From Convolutriloba macropyga (Eukaryota): DNA of 64,000 nucleotides. The notes beneath the pieces were generated by a model. The model did no database searches. It saw only the letters and a list, made by a program, of their open reading frames with translations, and was not told the DNA's origin. The position numbers were made by a program, and so were the translations under genes. Where the stretch lies: positions 78,430,001-78,494,000 of the forward strand of contig NC_134468.1 of assembly GCF_964194025.1 (NCBI RefSeq), written 5' to 3'. Of the stretch, positions 37,760 through 50,770 are shown piece after piece (positions within the stretch are counted from its first letter, which is position 1; each line of letters begins with the position of its first letter).

Positions 37760-39331
37760 TCACAGCTGGCAAAAGTACCACCAATATACAGCATGATCAT
37801 TTCGAAACCCACTTTTAGTTTGGTACCGTTTAACCTCTAAATCATCTGTCCAATTTACTCTACCTATCACTTCAGAGTTGAAGTTACCCCGGACACTCCC
37901 ATTTATTAGGATGAGAGTGATCGATTTCATTTCAACTGACCACAATACAATGTCAGCGTAAAAGGAGTCCCTGTACTTGTAAACACTGTAACTGTCTATA
38001 AAATCGATAGAGTTGCAGCCATGCACTGATTGGGGAATTTCATTCCGTTCCTCTTCACTGGAATCGACAACAGTGATCAGCATGGTTTCCTGATCCAATA
38101 AGACCCAAACTTGTCTCTTACGATCAAAAAGGTCTAGAAACATCACTTTTGGCTTTATTTTGAATTCGATTTTAAACTTGTCATTTTGAGTACTTTTAAC
38201 ATGTTCATTTTCCCAATAAATCCAATCAACTTTTGGGCTCCTGTGCCGAAAAGTGTATGGATACAATAAATCTCGCCCCGCTGGAACCTCACACATTGTA
38301 ATGCATTCCGCTTTAAAACTTGCCTCCAAAATGCCACCATCAGACATAAATAGGATTATCCAATCCCAGCTCACTGCTTTAATTGACTCAATAGAAGACG
38401 ACAATTTACTTTCCTTGATTGTACCCACTAATTTGAATTTACATTTAGTCTTTTTATTACCTGTTGAATATCTGATGAGTTCTAGTGAATCTCGTTTCAT
38501 AACAACTACATACAGTTTTCCTCTGTAAGTGTCTGAAAACATTTTCTGTTCATTCTCTACATCAGTAGCAGTACAACTCAAATTTAATCCCAAACAATCA
38601 AGCCAATTGTTGCCCAGTTTCATAACCAAACCCTGCATACCCCAATCTTCTGAAACTGAACTTTCGCCGCCTAATTTTGCCGTCAGATTGTCTTCGTTCG
38701 GGTTTTTAATGTATTTCCATTTATGGACTAGGACTAAGTCTTGACAGCTCAAACTTAGCAGACCACGTAGTTCATTTTGTTTCTGAAGAATGGATTCGAC
38801 GGCAATCTCTGATTTTTTTTCTGCGTCATCTAACTCGCTCAAAAAACTCTGTTGCGTTTTCTCGAAGGCTTTGATTGCTTTTTGCAGTCTTTCGCGATTG
38901 GCTTTGGTTGTCTCCAAAACCAGCTCTTTCTGTTTCCTGGCTGGTTTTTCCATGTTCTCAAAATTGGTCAGTTGTTCGAAGACGTTCGTGCGAATTTCTT
39001 TTGCTCTTTCTTCAATTGGAGCTAATTTATGAGATTTATGTTCTCTCGTGCATTTTAAACACAAAAGAATATCACAATCCCAGCAATAATCATTCAGCAA
39101 CATTTTATGTTGGTGGCACACCAAAACTGTTTGAGAAACGCTGTCCAATATTTTGTGTCCCTTCTTGCAATGTCGAACTATGCAAGTGTCGCAATAAGAG
39201 TCATCAGTGCTGGATTTGTTGTCGCTGTTTGTGCCCTGTTCCACCTGGCAAGTTTCACACTTGAAAATAGATTCTCCGGGGTAACTTTCCTTGCAGTCAC
39301 AACAATAATATCTTCCAGACTCGCACGACAT
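37760..39331 (-). CDS. Intronless RING-less TRIM-like protein: tandem B-box-type zinc fingers, coiled coil, beta-rich C-terminal region
   Basis: CxxC...CETC...CDTCIVRHCKKGH; B-box2 CHQHKMLLNDYCWDCDILLCLKCTREHKSH; heptad-rich helix follows; likely start Met67 of the 589-aa ORF (ATG 39331). Confidence 0.85.
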   Translation of the reverse strand: MSCESGRYYCCDCKESYPGESIFKCETCQVEQGTNSDNKSSTDDSYCDTCIVRHCKKGHKILDSVSQTVLVCHQHKMLLNDYCWDCDILLCLKCTREHKSHKLAPIEERAKEIRTNVFEQLTNFENMEKPARKQKELVLETTKANRERLQKAIKAFEKTQQSFLSELDDAEKKSEIAVESILQKQNELRGLLSLSCQDLVLVHKWKYIKNPNEDNLTAKLGGESSVSEDWGMQGLVMKLGNNWLDCLGLNLSCTATDVENEQKMFSDTYRGKLYVVVMKRDSLELIRYSTGNKKTKCKFKLVGTIKESKLSSSIESIKAVSWDWIILFMSDGGILEASFKAECITMCEVPAGRDLLYPYTFRHRSPKVDWIYWENEHVKSTQNDKFKIEFKIKPKVMFLDLFDRKRQVWVLLDQETMLITVVDSSEEERNEIPQSVHGCNSIDFIDSYSVYKYRDSFYADIVLWSVEMKSITLILINGSVRGNFNSEVIGRVNWTDDLEVKRYQTKSGFRNDHAVYWWYFCQL

Positions 39332-40284
39332 GGTGATAACTGATGACGTCCTCAAAATGAAATTCAGCAAATGCAGGGGCGGTTTGTCAAATTTACCTTT
39401 TGCTTTTTCGTTTCTGCGTCTAATGTAGTAACTGTTTAATGTAGAAGTCAGACAACGATTTTGTACGCAAGAATAATAATAAAAAAAATTGAAGCCGTAA
39501 AAATACAAGTCGTCGTAGAATCGAAGCATGCGTAAGATAACTTAGTTCAAAATTTGTTTAGTTTTTTGATTTCAAACAAACTTTTTGGCTGTTGCAAATA
39601 ATAGTTAATAGAAGAAAACATGCATTAAAACTATTTTACAGTTTTAAACATTTGAACATTAACATCCGAAAATTTTTTATAAACGTATAAAAGTAATGTG
39701 CTATTGCAATAGCAAATGATCATTTTGTTATCGGTTTATGTACTGTTAGTTCAAATCAAAAGTTGAAAACTCACCAATCAGTGCAGATATTTTTTATTTT
39801 GTTTGTCCATGAGAAATTCGAAATTGATTATTTTGCATTCTTATTGAATAAAAGTTATCAATAAAGTCCAATTTATGACTGCAATCTGGGATCAATTTAA
39901 CTATTTAAGTTCTTTTCAATTGACGTGAAGTTACAGAAAAAAAATAGAGTCGAATAGTTTAGAAAACTTTTACAGTGTTTAAATTGTGCTATGAGAAACC
40001 CACGAAAGGCTATTAAATCAATTTAAGTCGAATTTTTGTTAAGTTTTCTCAAAAGAGAATGAGTTTTCTAACAGAAACCTGAAAGAACCGTGCAAGCCGT
40101 TAGTCTTGAGATTAAATTAACTTTGATTGATTGTAAACTTTCTGTTTCACTCAGTTTCAGCCTATCGGTTCCATGAAATACCTTCGCAACAGCAGCCTCA
40201 ACGTTTGCCCAAATGCAGAATATGAAGAACTGCATCTAAATATTGAAGAGTTGCATGCGATTCGCCTTTTTCACTGCGCCCGTT

Positions 40285-40538
40285 NNNNNNNNNNNNNNNN
40301 NNNNNNNNNNNNNNNNNNNNNNNNNNNNNNNNNNNNNNNNNNNNNNNNNNNNNNNNNNNNNNNNNNNNNNNNNNNNNNNNNNNNNNNNNNNNNNNNNNNN
40401 NNNNNNNNNNNNNNNNNNNNNNNNNNNNNNNNNNNNNNNNNNNNNNNNNNNNNNNNNNNNNNNNNNNNNNNNNNNNNNNNNNNNNNNNNNNNNNNNNNNN
40501 NNNNNNNNNNNNNNNNNNNNNNNNNNNNNNNNNNNNNN
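40285..40538. other. Assembly gap
   Basis: Run of N. Confidence 1.
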
Positions 40539-43239
40539 TGCAATTTCAGACCAGCAGTCGGTGAACCGAAACAAATTTGATACGCCTTGATAAGAGCCAT
40601 AATAAAACATGGGTAATCTTGCCAAGATATTGACATGGTGTTTACTTAGAAAGTTTTGATTCACTGTGCACTCATTTGATCAGTTTACAAAATATGCTAT
40701 AAACACTGCAATAAAAATTGAAGAAGTTTTCCAATGGTCTGATTTTGATCTTTTACATTTGCGTAAACTATAATGCTCTGCCTAATTTGCAATGAATATT
40801 GAGTTAAAAATAGTTTGATTGCGTCTAGATTTTGCCTTTTATACTAAAGTTGAGATCTTTTGACACTGCCCTTTGCATCTATGTTGTTTGAAGCAGCAAT
40901 TTGTTCCATGAAAATGAAATAAGATTTTGTTCAACGAAACATTGTTTTGACTACTGTTGTCACCAAATGCCACATTACAATAGACTTGTTTGTTCCAAAC
41001 TGAAACAACAAAATTTGCTGCTTAAGCGTAGAGTCAAAAATGTTTGCTTGCACTGCACATGAATTAAAATTGAGAAAAAAATAAATGAGTAAAAATGTAT
41101 TCAGTCGCCAGAAGAGAGAAAAAAAGATTTTTAAATAGAAATAACGTACGCTAGATTAAATCATTTGACAACATAATCTCGCCGACCTGATTTTGTGTAT
41201 TTATAGCAGTTGAATTAGTTCGAGCCATATGGAGCCAATTAATTTAGATATTACCATATGGATTTTGACAAACATTTGCAAAAACATTGAATCCCATGTT
41301 CTCATTGACTTTCTTGAGCTTTCTTGAGGCAATTTCTGGCTCTAGAAATTACAATCACGGTTATCAACTAATTGCAATCTTTCGAGTAACTTAAATCACT
41401 TTATGACTAAAAAAGTGATTACTACTTTATAATAGTCCCCTGTATGGAAAATTTAGAAATACGGGCGGTTTTTTGCATGTAAATTTGAGTAAAATGTTGA
41501 AATTGGAGCCTGGCAGTTGAATTGTGTAATCTACTTTCCTTCGAAACCTAGCGGTTTCGAAAGCTTGTTTCCCATTAAGGCCGTTGTTAACCTTGCAATA
41601 TTTTGAAGGCACAATTGGCGTTTTTGCAGATTGGAAGTGATAATCAATTTTTAAATAAGCGGAATTCTCTTTCAAGTTAAGTAACCAAAACATTTGCCAA
41701 TTTTAAGAACAAAAATGATGGAATTAAACGAAAATAAAGGAATGTTGACATATTCGAGAGTTCAAGCAGCTTTATTTTATGAGCTCATACGTTTAACATG
41801 CTAATTTTTCCAAAGATCTGAAATCGAATGCTGCAAATTTGCATCATTAGTTTTGTGAAAATGTGTATTTAGATAACTTTTGTGCTGGTTTAAAAGAAAA
41901 TCGTGTTAAATATTAACCATATGATAAAAAATTTTTAGTACTTATTTTTTGCGCGTTTTAACAGATCAGAAATAATTGGAGGTATCAAAATGTTCGAAAG
42001 GCGAGGGAAAAAATATGGAGAACATTTTGTATTTTTTCTGTCAATAGAGAATTATGAAATAAAGTCCGTTAAGGAATCAAAAGACTAGAATATTTAATTC
42101 TTTCCTTTAGTGTTTGTGAAATCCAGCAGAAAAGTTAAAGAAAAAAAATTCAATAAAATTGAAGTTCTATGTTTTTTAAGCAATTTAAGTTAATTTAACC
42201 AAATTTAAGTTCTGTTATGAAGCAATATAGGGATCAGAAACAATGTTAATCTTTTAATTTTTTGTTACAGAGCTTTGAAATTTATACATCGTAAACACAA
42301 TATCATATGCACGTATCAAAAACTTTAATTGTGTTTGTCCAATCCAACTTTATTTTTTGCATAACGGTAGTTCAGAGAACGCTAGAGAGCAACCAATGAT
42401 AAAAGCTTAACCAGAAGAAGTTCACTTAATGTATCCTCTTTTTATACAAAATTTAATATCGACTTGCAAACTTTTTCCAATTCTGACATGGCCGAGCTCA
42501 AAATTGTCGCTAATCGCGAAATTGCCGGTAATTAGTGCAAACTTGCAGATAATTGCAAACTGGTTTAGTTCAGCCACAAAATTTTCCTCAGGCAGTTATA
42601 ATATCTTACTTTTGATGGAAGAAAACGCTTGGGCATCGAATTCTCAAATTTCAAAACCTGCACAGATACACAGCATTGCAAAATATTAAAACTTTCATTA
42701 ATAGCGTCTACAGGTACCAAAACAAAAATTAGTTAAATAAAATGTGGCTAGCTTTTCCTCTGATCTTTTGAAAGCGGTCTTTAAATTACGTGTACATACT
42801 TTTCACAAGGCAATTAAATAGTCTAAAATGGAGAACACTTCCAATGAGATTGGTTAGTAGTTACGTTTAACGTTAAGGGCATTTCACAAAAACTTAATCT
42901 GCTGGGGAACTTGAACACAATTGAGCGTCTTCTAAATTGATTTATTGCACTATAATCCCTCATCATTAAGTGAAATTTATTCACTGTAAATTTGCGGAAT
43001 GTGCTGCCGCAAAACGTGTTTTTCGGTGGAAAGTAGATTTAATTTTTCAAATTTCATGACTGGAATTACCGTATGGGGCAAGGCCTATTCATTCTAGATG
43101 TTTGTAAGTACATTTCACATGTATTAAGATGTAATGTATTAATGTAATGTATTAATGTGAAATTGGGTTAAAAATAAGTAAATTGTAGTCGCAAAATGGT
43201 GCCAGTAGACGTTAGTAAAGATAAATTCAACAGCGTTGT

Positions 43240-43575
43240 ACTTTGTTCCCTAATATTATTGACCTTATCTAAAAAATGACTCTAAACTTAATTAAAAAAG
43301 GCCTACAGTTTTTTCTCAAGTTTCAAATATTCTCAGTAAAAGTGCCCAATGTTTTGTGGTGGTTTTTTCAAGTTATCGCCAAGCAAAAAACTCTATTTCA
43401 TGATTGTTGTAATTTGTTCCCTAATATTATTGACTTTATCTAAAAGATGATACTAAACTTAATCAAAAAAAGGCCTACAGTATTTTTTTTAAAAATTTCA
43501 CATTTGTTCAGTGAAAGTGTCTCGTGTTTTGTGTTTTTGTCAAGTTATCGCCAAACAATAATTTCTATTTCAACC
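43240..43575 (+). repeat. ~172-bp tandem duplication
   Basis: TTTGTTCCCTAATATTATTGAC.TTATCTAAAA...AAAAAGGCCTACAGT twice. Confidence 0.88.
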
Positions 43576-43789
43576 TCATATAATTTTTGGAGGATTTGGA
43601 GAACTGCAAGTTGTTTTGCCTCTGCCATAATTATTATATCGCAATTTTTTATATTGGGAAATAAGTTTTGTTGCTAGAATACTACTGTGAAGAATGGATT
43701 TCACTCACTGGAACAATTTTGGAGTCTATAATCTACAAACTGTTCTAACGCCCATTAACAACCTGCCAAATGACAATGCCACGAGCAAT

Positions 43790-45400
43790 TTTCTGAAAAT
43801 TATGTAAGAAATGATCTGAAATGCGCTCTATGTTTTTTTAGCCTAAAAAAATCTGCGCTCTAAAAATTTTAGCCTAAAAAATCTTAAAATAATGCGCTGA
43901 AATGAGCTGAAATGTGCTGAAACTTTTTAAGAAATGCACTGAAATCCGATGAATTGTCAGAAAGTTCAGCTCAATCATTGCACACTCAGAATCAATCCCC
44001 GATACCCTTGACTGATCTATCACCTAATCCACTGCGCAATCGAGTTCTGAAAATTACTCCCTTTAATCTGAATTTACATAAGTATACCATTTAGCAAGAA
44101 AAGTGCTTAAGTTATAAAAGAAATTCGCTGAAATATTCGCTTTTACATTAAAAGTGCCGAATGTTTTGTTAAGAAATGCGCTGAAATGCGCTGAATCTGT
44201 AACGTTACAGCGCCTTTTCCAACTACAGCGCATTTCAGCGCCTTAAGCGCATTTTTTACAAAAAAATGAGCTTGCACGGCGCTGACATCTCGACCCGGTT
44301 TACCCACCGTAGTTGCGGGTACCCACCGGATTATCCACCCTAGCGCGTTTCTAGTCGGTCTGATCAGAGCTGGCTTGGGTCTCGCACCTCATACTCGGAG
44401 CCAACTAATGAGTTTTTTTGCAACCTTAACATTTGGTAGATTCCCATTATTTGTTTGATATGTTGAAGCATTATGCGTTTTCAAATGGAAATATTTTCAA
44501 CAGTTCCGAGATAGCAACAGTTTAGAGCCCCAAGTTATCAACGTTGTCAAATCCGTATCCGGGTTTAGGTTTGCGATCCAAGCATGCTCTGATTACAATT
44601 TCGTAGCTCCGACAGGTGGTAAAGCGCAACCCAGCGACAGAATTCGGCAGTTTGGGTAAGGTCTGGGAAGTCTGATCAAGGCCATAGCCAGACTGTGCAA
44701 TTTGTCTGATCAGCGCTGCATCCATTCTATTTACGGTCTTATCGACGTACTGCCTACTAGCTCTTTCATTGCGCACTGAGGCTTGGACCCTGCTCTCCGT
44801 GTTTGGTCTATGCACTGCTCAATCGAGCGCCAAAAATCATTCCCTTTAAATTGATTTTACTTAAGTAAAACATTTGACAAGAAAAACGCTGAAATTGCAT
44901 GAGAAATGCGCTGAAATATGCGCTCTTTTTTTACAAAAAAGGTGCCGAATAATTTGTAGGAAATGCGCTGAAATCCGCTGAATTTTCCAGATGCGCTGAA
45001 ACCAAGCTGAAACCTTGAAAGAGATGAGCTGGAAAAAGAGCAAAAATTTATGTAAGAAATATGCTGCAAAGGAGCCAAAATTATGTAAGAAATTCGCTGA
45101 AGATGGAATTTGCCGATATTCTTAATCGAAATAATTTTGAACAGTTCAGCGTTAGCAAAACTCTAGAGACCCAAGTTATCAACGTTGTCATATCCATATC
45201 GAAGTTTAGGCTCGTGATCCAAGCATACTCTGACCAGACGAGTTCGTAGCTCCGACGCTAGGAGGTAAAGCGCAACCCAGCGACAGAGTCGGGCAGTTTG
45301 TGTAAAGTCTGGGAAATCTGATCAAGCCCGTAGCCATTTGTGCAATGTGTGATCAGGGCTGCGTCCATACTATGTACGGTTTTATTAAAGCAGTACCTAC
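43790..45400 (+). mobile_element. Non-autonomous transposon relic(s) with GAAATGCGCTGAAAT subterminal-type repeats and a duplicated ~270-bp block (44497-44760 / 45137-45400)
   Basis: Repeat arrays at 43800-44260 and 44880-45105; direct duplicate CCCAAGTTATCAACGTTGTCA...GGTAAAGCGCAACCCAGCGACAGA. Confidence 0.55.
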
Positions 45401-45829
45401 GCTCGAGAAAATTCTGATGTACATAGTGTTGGAAATTCTGATTGACCTATGTCCTAGATTCGTGTGAATTGTTCTGGATATTCTCAAACCGGGATTATTG
45501 CTGAGTTTGGTTGATCTGATCAGAAATCTTAATGCAGTCTGGATTGTCAGAACAAACAAGTCGGGCTGAAAAGCAAAGCAAGTCCGTAAACAGAAGCGCT
45601 GATGAAACCCCAATTATGTTTTTGATGAACAATGCCATTTTTCGGATGGCGAGCATCACAAAGGTGTATAAACTTATTTTTTCCCGCTTTTCAGCTGAAA
45701 GTTTTTGGCTGCATTGGAAAAAGTGTTTATATTCAAGCAAAATAACTACTCATATATACAAAGTACTGCATCTAGTTTTCTGAAAAGGTTACCGTATACT
45801 GATGATTAAACACTGAATAAAGTTATGGA

Positions 45830-46380
45830 ATTTGTACCTTAAAAACAAGTCAACTTATCTCGCTTGTTAAGGTAAATCTGCCTTTCTTTAATATAATTAT
45901 ACCTCAAATTCACATTAAAAGTTAAGACCCCAACATCCTAACAAAGACGTTAACTTTACTCTAAACTGCCCTAAAATGACTTTAACCGTAGCAGTGAAAA
46001 ATCTTAACTTTGCTTTAGCATTAATTATTTACCTTAACTAATGTATCAATCTACCCTAAATTTAAGTTAAGTTAGGGTAAATGTACAACAAAAGTTAGGA
46101 TAAATAAGTTAAGTTAAATTGAAGATAAGATTAATTCACCAGTGACGTTAGGGTAACTAAATGAGAAAACTTTAAGACAGGTTAAAATAGTAGTTTACAA
46201 TATACCAGATATGTTACAAAAACGAATATTTGGGCAAATTTACCTTAACTGAGTTTAAGTAATTTCGTACCTTAACTCAAGTTCAGGTAAAGTTACGTTA
46301 ACATTCACTTTATTTTTACTTTAACTGGGGTTTACTTTAAAATCGTTCAGGTAAAATTACCAATGTGTATTTAAAGGGTT
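45830..46380. repeat. AT-rich array of TTACCTTAAC/GTTAAGGTAA motifs in both orientations (MITE-like)
   Basis: Recurrent motif on both strands. Confidence 0.5.
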
Positions 46381-46384
46381 AAAA

Positions 46385-46595
46385 ATCTGGTTACCCCCTC
46401 TGCGCAACCCGAGTAAATCTGGCACATCCAGTGCCTGAACCAAGGCGGTCTGACACATCCATTGCGCAACCTTTGTTGGTGTCAGACGTCGCGCAACCTC
46501 CAGAAGGATTGGCACCCCCTTGCGCGACCTAAGAACCCCGATTATAACCCAAGATTGTCTTAACAGCTTTGGCTTGGATCACGCACCACAAACTG
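46385..46595 (-). repeat. Degenerate ~30-bp GC-richer tandem repeat, inverse copy of the family at 56780-57015
   Basis: TCTGGCACATCCA.TGCGCAACC units. Confidence 0.65.
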
Positions 46596-47582
46596 GTTAG
46601 TATGAGGAAGGCGAACTATCATGTCTTTTTTATTTCTTCCAGATCTCATTTAATCTTGATAAAAAGCTATTTAGAGACAGAAGCAATCAAGCCAGATTTG
46701 CAGAACCCTGGAGTTCACGGCTGACACGTTGCTCCTTCTCATTCTGCTATCTTTGTGATTCAAAGGGAAGAGATGAACAGATAGATATTAGATTTGAGCT
46801 TTTTCAATTTCGAAACAGATTATACCGATATTATACACAATATACAGATAATTTATTCAAACAGATATTAATTACTACCTCCCCAAAACTGATTAGAATG
46901 AAATTATACAAAAGAAGAATCGTATCAATGCTGTTTGAGGCCTGAAAACCTATGAGCCGCAATTTTGCATGACAGTCGTCCGAAGTGTCATAATGGTCCC
47001 AATTCGCTCAGCAACACTTTTTTCAATTGATTTCAGCGCTGTCAAAATGTTACCACAGAAAAATGCGTCAATAAATTTCAAATGCATGAATATTTTCATG
47101 CTTTTCGTTCCAACCCCCAATGAAACGGTTGTTACGAACTTCATGCTCGACCAAAATTTTTGTTACGCCAATTTTAGCCAACCGATATAGTTTGCTTAGA
47201 GTTATGAAAATGGTATCTATGAGATGCTCTTAAAAGCTGAATCAAATGTTGGGAAGATCTTTTCAAATTTTTTTGAACCTTAATAAAAACTTGAGGCTCG
47301 AATTTTTCAAAACGTTTCAGATTTTTCACCTTTTGAAGCTTTGACCCCAAGAATGGCAAATTCAATAAAAGATGTCGGTTACTTTTTTAACTTAATATTT
47401 TTAATGGCTGCGTTTATTGGTTTTCTCTTTGTTTTTAAGACTCAAAGAATTGAATTCTATTGCTGTGTTTAAAGAGCTGTTCTCTTTTTTTCTTTCTTTT
47501 GTCATCAAGGAAAAATGAAAAAAGCGGGGATTTTCATCACACTAACCTAGTGAAGAGAAGAAAAGTGTAGTTTGATAAAATT

Positions 47583-47736
47583 AAGCTGCTGCACATGAAA
47601 AAATCTTCCAAAAAACTGAAATTTTGTCTGGGAATTGTTTTTTCACTCTCTTCAAAATCAATTTGAATAGAGTGAGAAAACAACTCCTGACAAAATTTCA
47701 GTTTTTTGGAAGATTTTTTTCATGTGCAGCAGCCTT
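47583..47736. repeat. ~155-bp fold-back palindrome (MITE-like)
   Basis: GCTGCTGCACATGAAAAAATCTTCCAAAAAACTGAAATTTTGTC...GACAAAATTTCAGTTTTTTGGAAGATTTTTTCATGTGCAGCAGC. Confidence 0.9.
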
Positions 47737-48649
47737 ATTTCTGTTCTCGGTATTTCTTATCTTAGTTTCGTTAGAGTTCGTTTCAACCGGTGATTCAAGT
47801 GTTATGATGTTGTAGCAGTTTTATTCCCTCAAAAGGCGTCTAATGACTTATAACACTTAGATACTAATTGTTATCATAAAATTTTCGTAATTCGTTCAGG
47901 TTTTTCCTGTTTTTTTGTTTTTTTTTGATGTCCTATCAACAGCCTCATTATTGAAAGGTCTTATTGACTTCGAAATGAGGCATGAATGAGGATAATTGGC
48001 AGTTTCATTTCTTGCAAACATTTTTAACAAGTTTGTTACCAACTGTTTTCAGAAACCAATCTTTTTTCCCACTACTTTTTCCCCAGTTTTTTAGTTTTAT
48101 TGTTTTTTTCCAATTACTTTACCTCGTTATTGAATTGGCCCCTTGACGCTCATATGATCAATTCAAAGTGCCGGTTTCACTATAAATCTAACTTTTTAAA
48201 CAGCTTTGACACCATTTGTTTTCAAAAATATCATTAACTCTTTGGGTGCTGCCACTTCTTGTCGCTCTTTTCAGTGAAGTGTATCCGTCTCATTCTTTAA
48301 TCGTCTCATAAACTCCCTAAAGAGGCATGTTTGAATTAATATAATGTGTTTTAATTCAGATCTAACTACCTTTATATCAATGAACGATAGGCCTTATAGA
48401 ATTTCTGAATAAACAAAATATATCTTTCATAGGTATTGATTTTTGTGACTGGTTTTGTAGCTATTGGTTTCCTGTTTTGAGAGTAGACTGGTTTTGTAGC
48501 TATTGGTTTCTCTACTTTGAGAGCTTTTTGCTCCTTGGAGAAGATTTTTTTGTAGCTTTTTAAATTTGTTTTGTTTTCGGTCTCTTAATCTCACTTTCAT
48601 TTTTTCACGTTCATGGGCTTTTCAATAAAATGAACATGAATCCAAATAG

Positions 48650-49110
48650 CAATCTTTTAGCTATTAATCGTTTGTTGCTAATGTATTCTTTCACTTTAAG
48701 TCAATTTGTTTAGTTTTTTATGTTGCCGATTTCTTCATATGTTGATGTTTTCTTGATTACTCTGCAAAAATTTTGAATGAAGTTGGCATTTAATCTTCCT
48801 TTTGATAAAACTGATTGTAACTGACACTACTGTAATTCTTATCCGGGAGTTCTAAACAAAATTTAAGTTAAAAAATACAATCTTTTAGCTATTAATCGTT
48901 TGTTGCTAATGTATTCTTTCACTTTAAATCAATTCGTCTAATTTATTATGTTGCCGATTTCTTCATATGTTGATGTTTTCTTGATTACTCTGCCAAAATT
49001 TTGAATGAAGTTGGCATTTAATCTTCCTTTTGATAATACTGATTGTAACTGACATTACTGTAATTCTTTTTCGGGAGTTCTAAACAAAATTTAAGTTAAA
49101 AATTACAATT
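48650..49110 (+). repeat. 228-bp near-identical tandem duplication
   Basis: CAATCTTTTAGCTATTAATCG at 48650 and 48878. Confidence 0.95.
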
Positions 49111-50319
49111 ATATTTTAAAGAACAGAACCTCCTTCACACAAGCTTTTATTATTGTAGAAATGAGGGTGGAATTCAACTTAAGTGGAAATTTTTTTATGA
49201 CAGCTACACAAAAACCTTAAAAAACTTAGTTTTTTTTTCGAAAACCATAATAATCAATTAAAATGATCCTTTCAAGGAAATCAGATTAGGTATGATAGTT
49301 TTGATTGCAACCTTAGTTAAATTTTGTCACTCTTAGTTTTTTTGCTGACAACAAAGGCTGATAAAAGAAAGGATGGCAATGGTAAGTGCAGAAAATTGAG
49401 AGATTCTTGAAGAGCAGTTGCATCATTTAATTTTGTTTTCACATTTCGATTTCTTGATCTAAAGCTTTTTTTTGTTTATTCTGAATAAATTTTTTCCTAT
49501 AGTTATATAACCGAGTTACCCATCATACAACTTTCCTTGAATTCAAACAATGCAAAATACAAAACGAATAATCATGAAACGACATATATGATTTGTATGA
49601 TTTCCCTGTGATCATACAAGTTTCATTGCAAATTTAGTTGTAAACAACTCCATCTTAGCAGCTAGCACACCCAATTAGTAAAATAATATGACAAAATCAG
49701 CCAAATGATGAATTGTTGAGTTTCATTTTTCCCGTTAAACCAAAATTGCAAATTTTGAAAAACCATTTGTGCTTCACTTTTGTTGACAGCGTTGAGTGTT
49801 TTTTCAGAGCCCTCGCAGTTTTATATCAAACTCAACTGAATATGTTATTTTTTTTTGTAATTGAACTCTTCTTGGCGAAATTAATCTCTATCTCTGAACC
49901 CAACAGGCAAAATATTTCACAGAACAATTTAGAAACTGAAAGAAAATCCCTTATCTAAAAGGTGTCGGATGTTTTTTTTTATATCTCCCAAAGTATTGTA
50001 TCAAAAAGGTAAAACTTATACCCTTTGTTCTGCATTTTAACTCTGCTCATCTTTCTCCCAACAGGCAGAGCAAAATTTGGTACAAAGCAAACTTCGAAAA
50101 ACATTTTCTAATCATCAGTTAAGGCCTTCCAGTTTTTTGCCCTACGAATGCTATCCTGTAAGCAAGAAAAAGTTAAACTGCGAAGAAAAAATTGCGAGTG
50201 ATACCATTGAGAGATGTCACTGGTCGACTCATATTTTGTTTTGAAGCCGGATAGTCGTGCAAACTTTTTTTGAAGTCCTTAAAATTATCAACAGTCCTGC
50301 AAAATTTCCTCGAAAAAGT

Positions 50320-50770
50320 ACAACTACCATATGTTCTCCAAGAGTCATGAGAGTACATGGATCTTTTATGATTTTCTCGCAAACATACAAAGATCATATA
50401 TGACTTTCTAGGAACCGTACAAGGATCATATATGTTTTCCTGGCTTTCATAAAGGAATCATACATGATTTCCTTGAGTTTTTACAAGAACAAACAATGAT
50501 TTCCTCGAGCTCCTAAAAGAGTCGTCTATGATTTCTTTGATTTCATATACGAATCATAAATGGTTTTTCTGTATTTCATGCATTTTTGGCTGGTAATTGG
50601 AGCACAATAATGCCCAATATTGTCATATTCCCTTCTATGAATGCAACGATCAGATATGATTTACTTGGTGTCATTCAAGAATCATATATGATATCCTAGG
50701 TCCCCTGCAAGGATCGTACCAGGAGATACGTTACGCTTTGTATGACATCATATATGATCCTTATGGGGAA
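50320..50770. repeat. Degenerate ~32-bp GAATCATATATGATTTCC array (subterminal-repeat-like); related motifs at 49520-49620
   Basis: Recurrent ATCATATATGA palindromic core. Confidence 0.6.

Noticed and set aside
39340-39365. Hammerhead ribozyme core (CTGATGA...GAAA), also checked at ~21292 and ~45599
   Set aside because: No stem II or flanking helices can form
39332-39529. N-terminal 66 codons of the 589-aa ORF, and a RING finger
   Set aside because: The extension looks like UTR (Tyr/Phe-rich, no domain) and Met67 directly precedes the zinc finger; the Cys/His spacing fits B-box-type fingers, not C3HC4 RING
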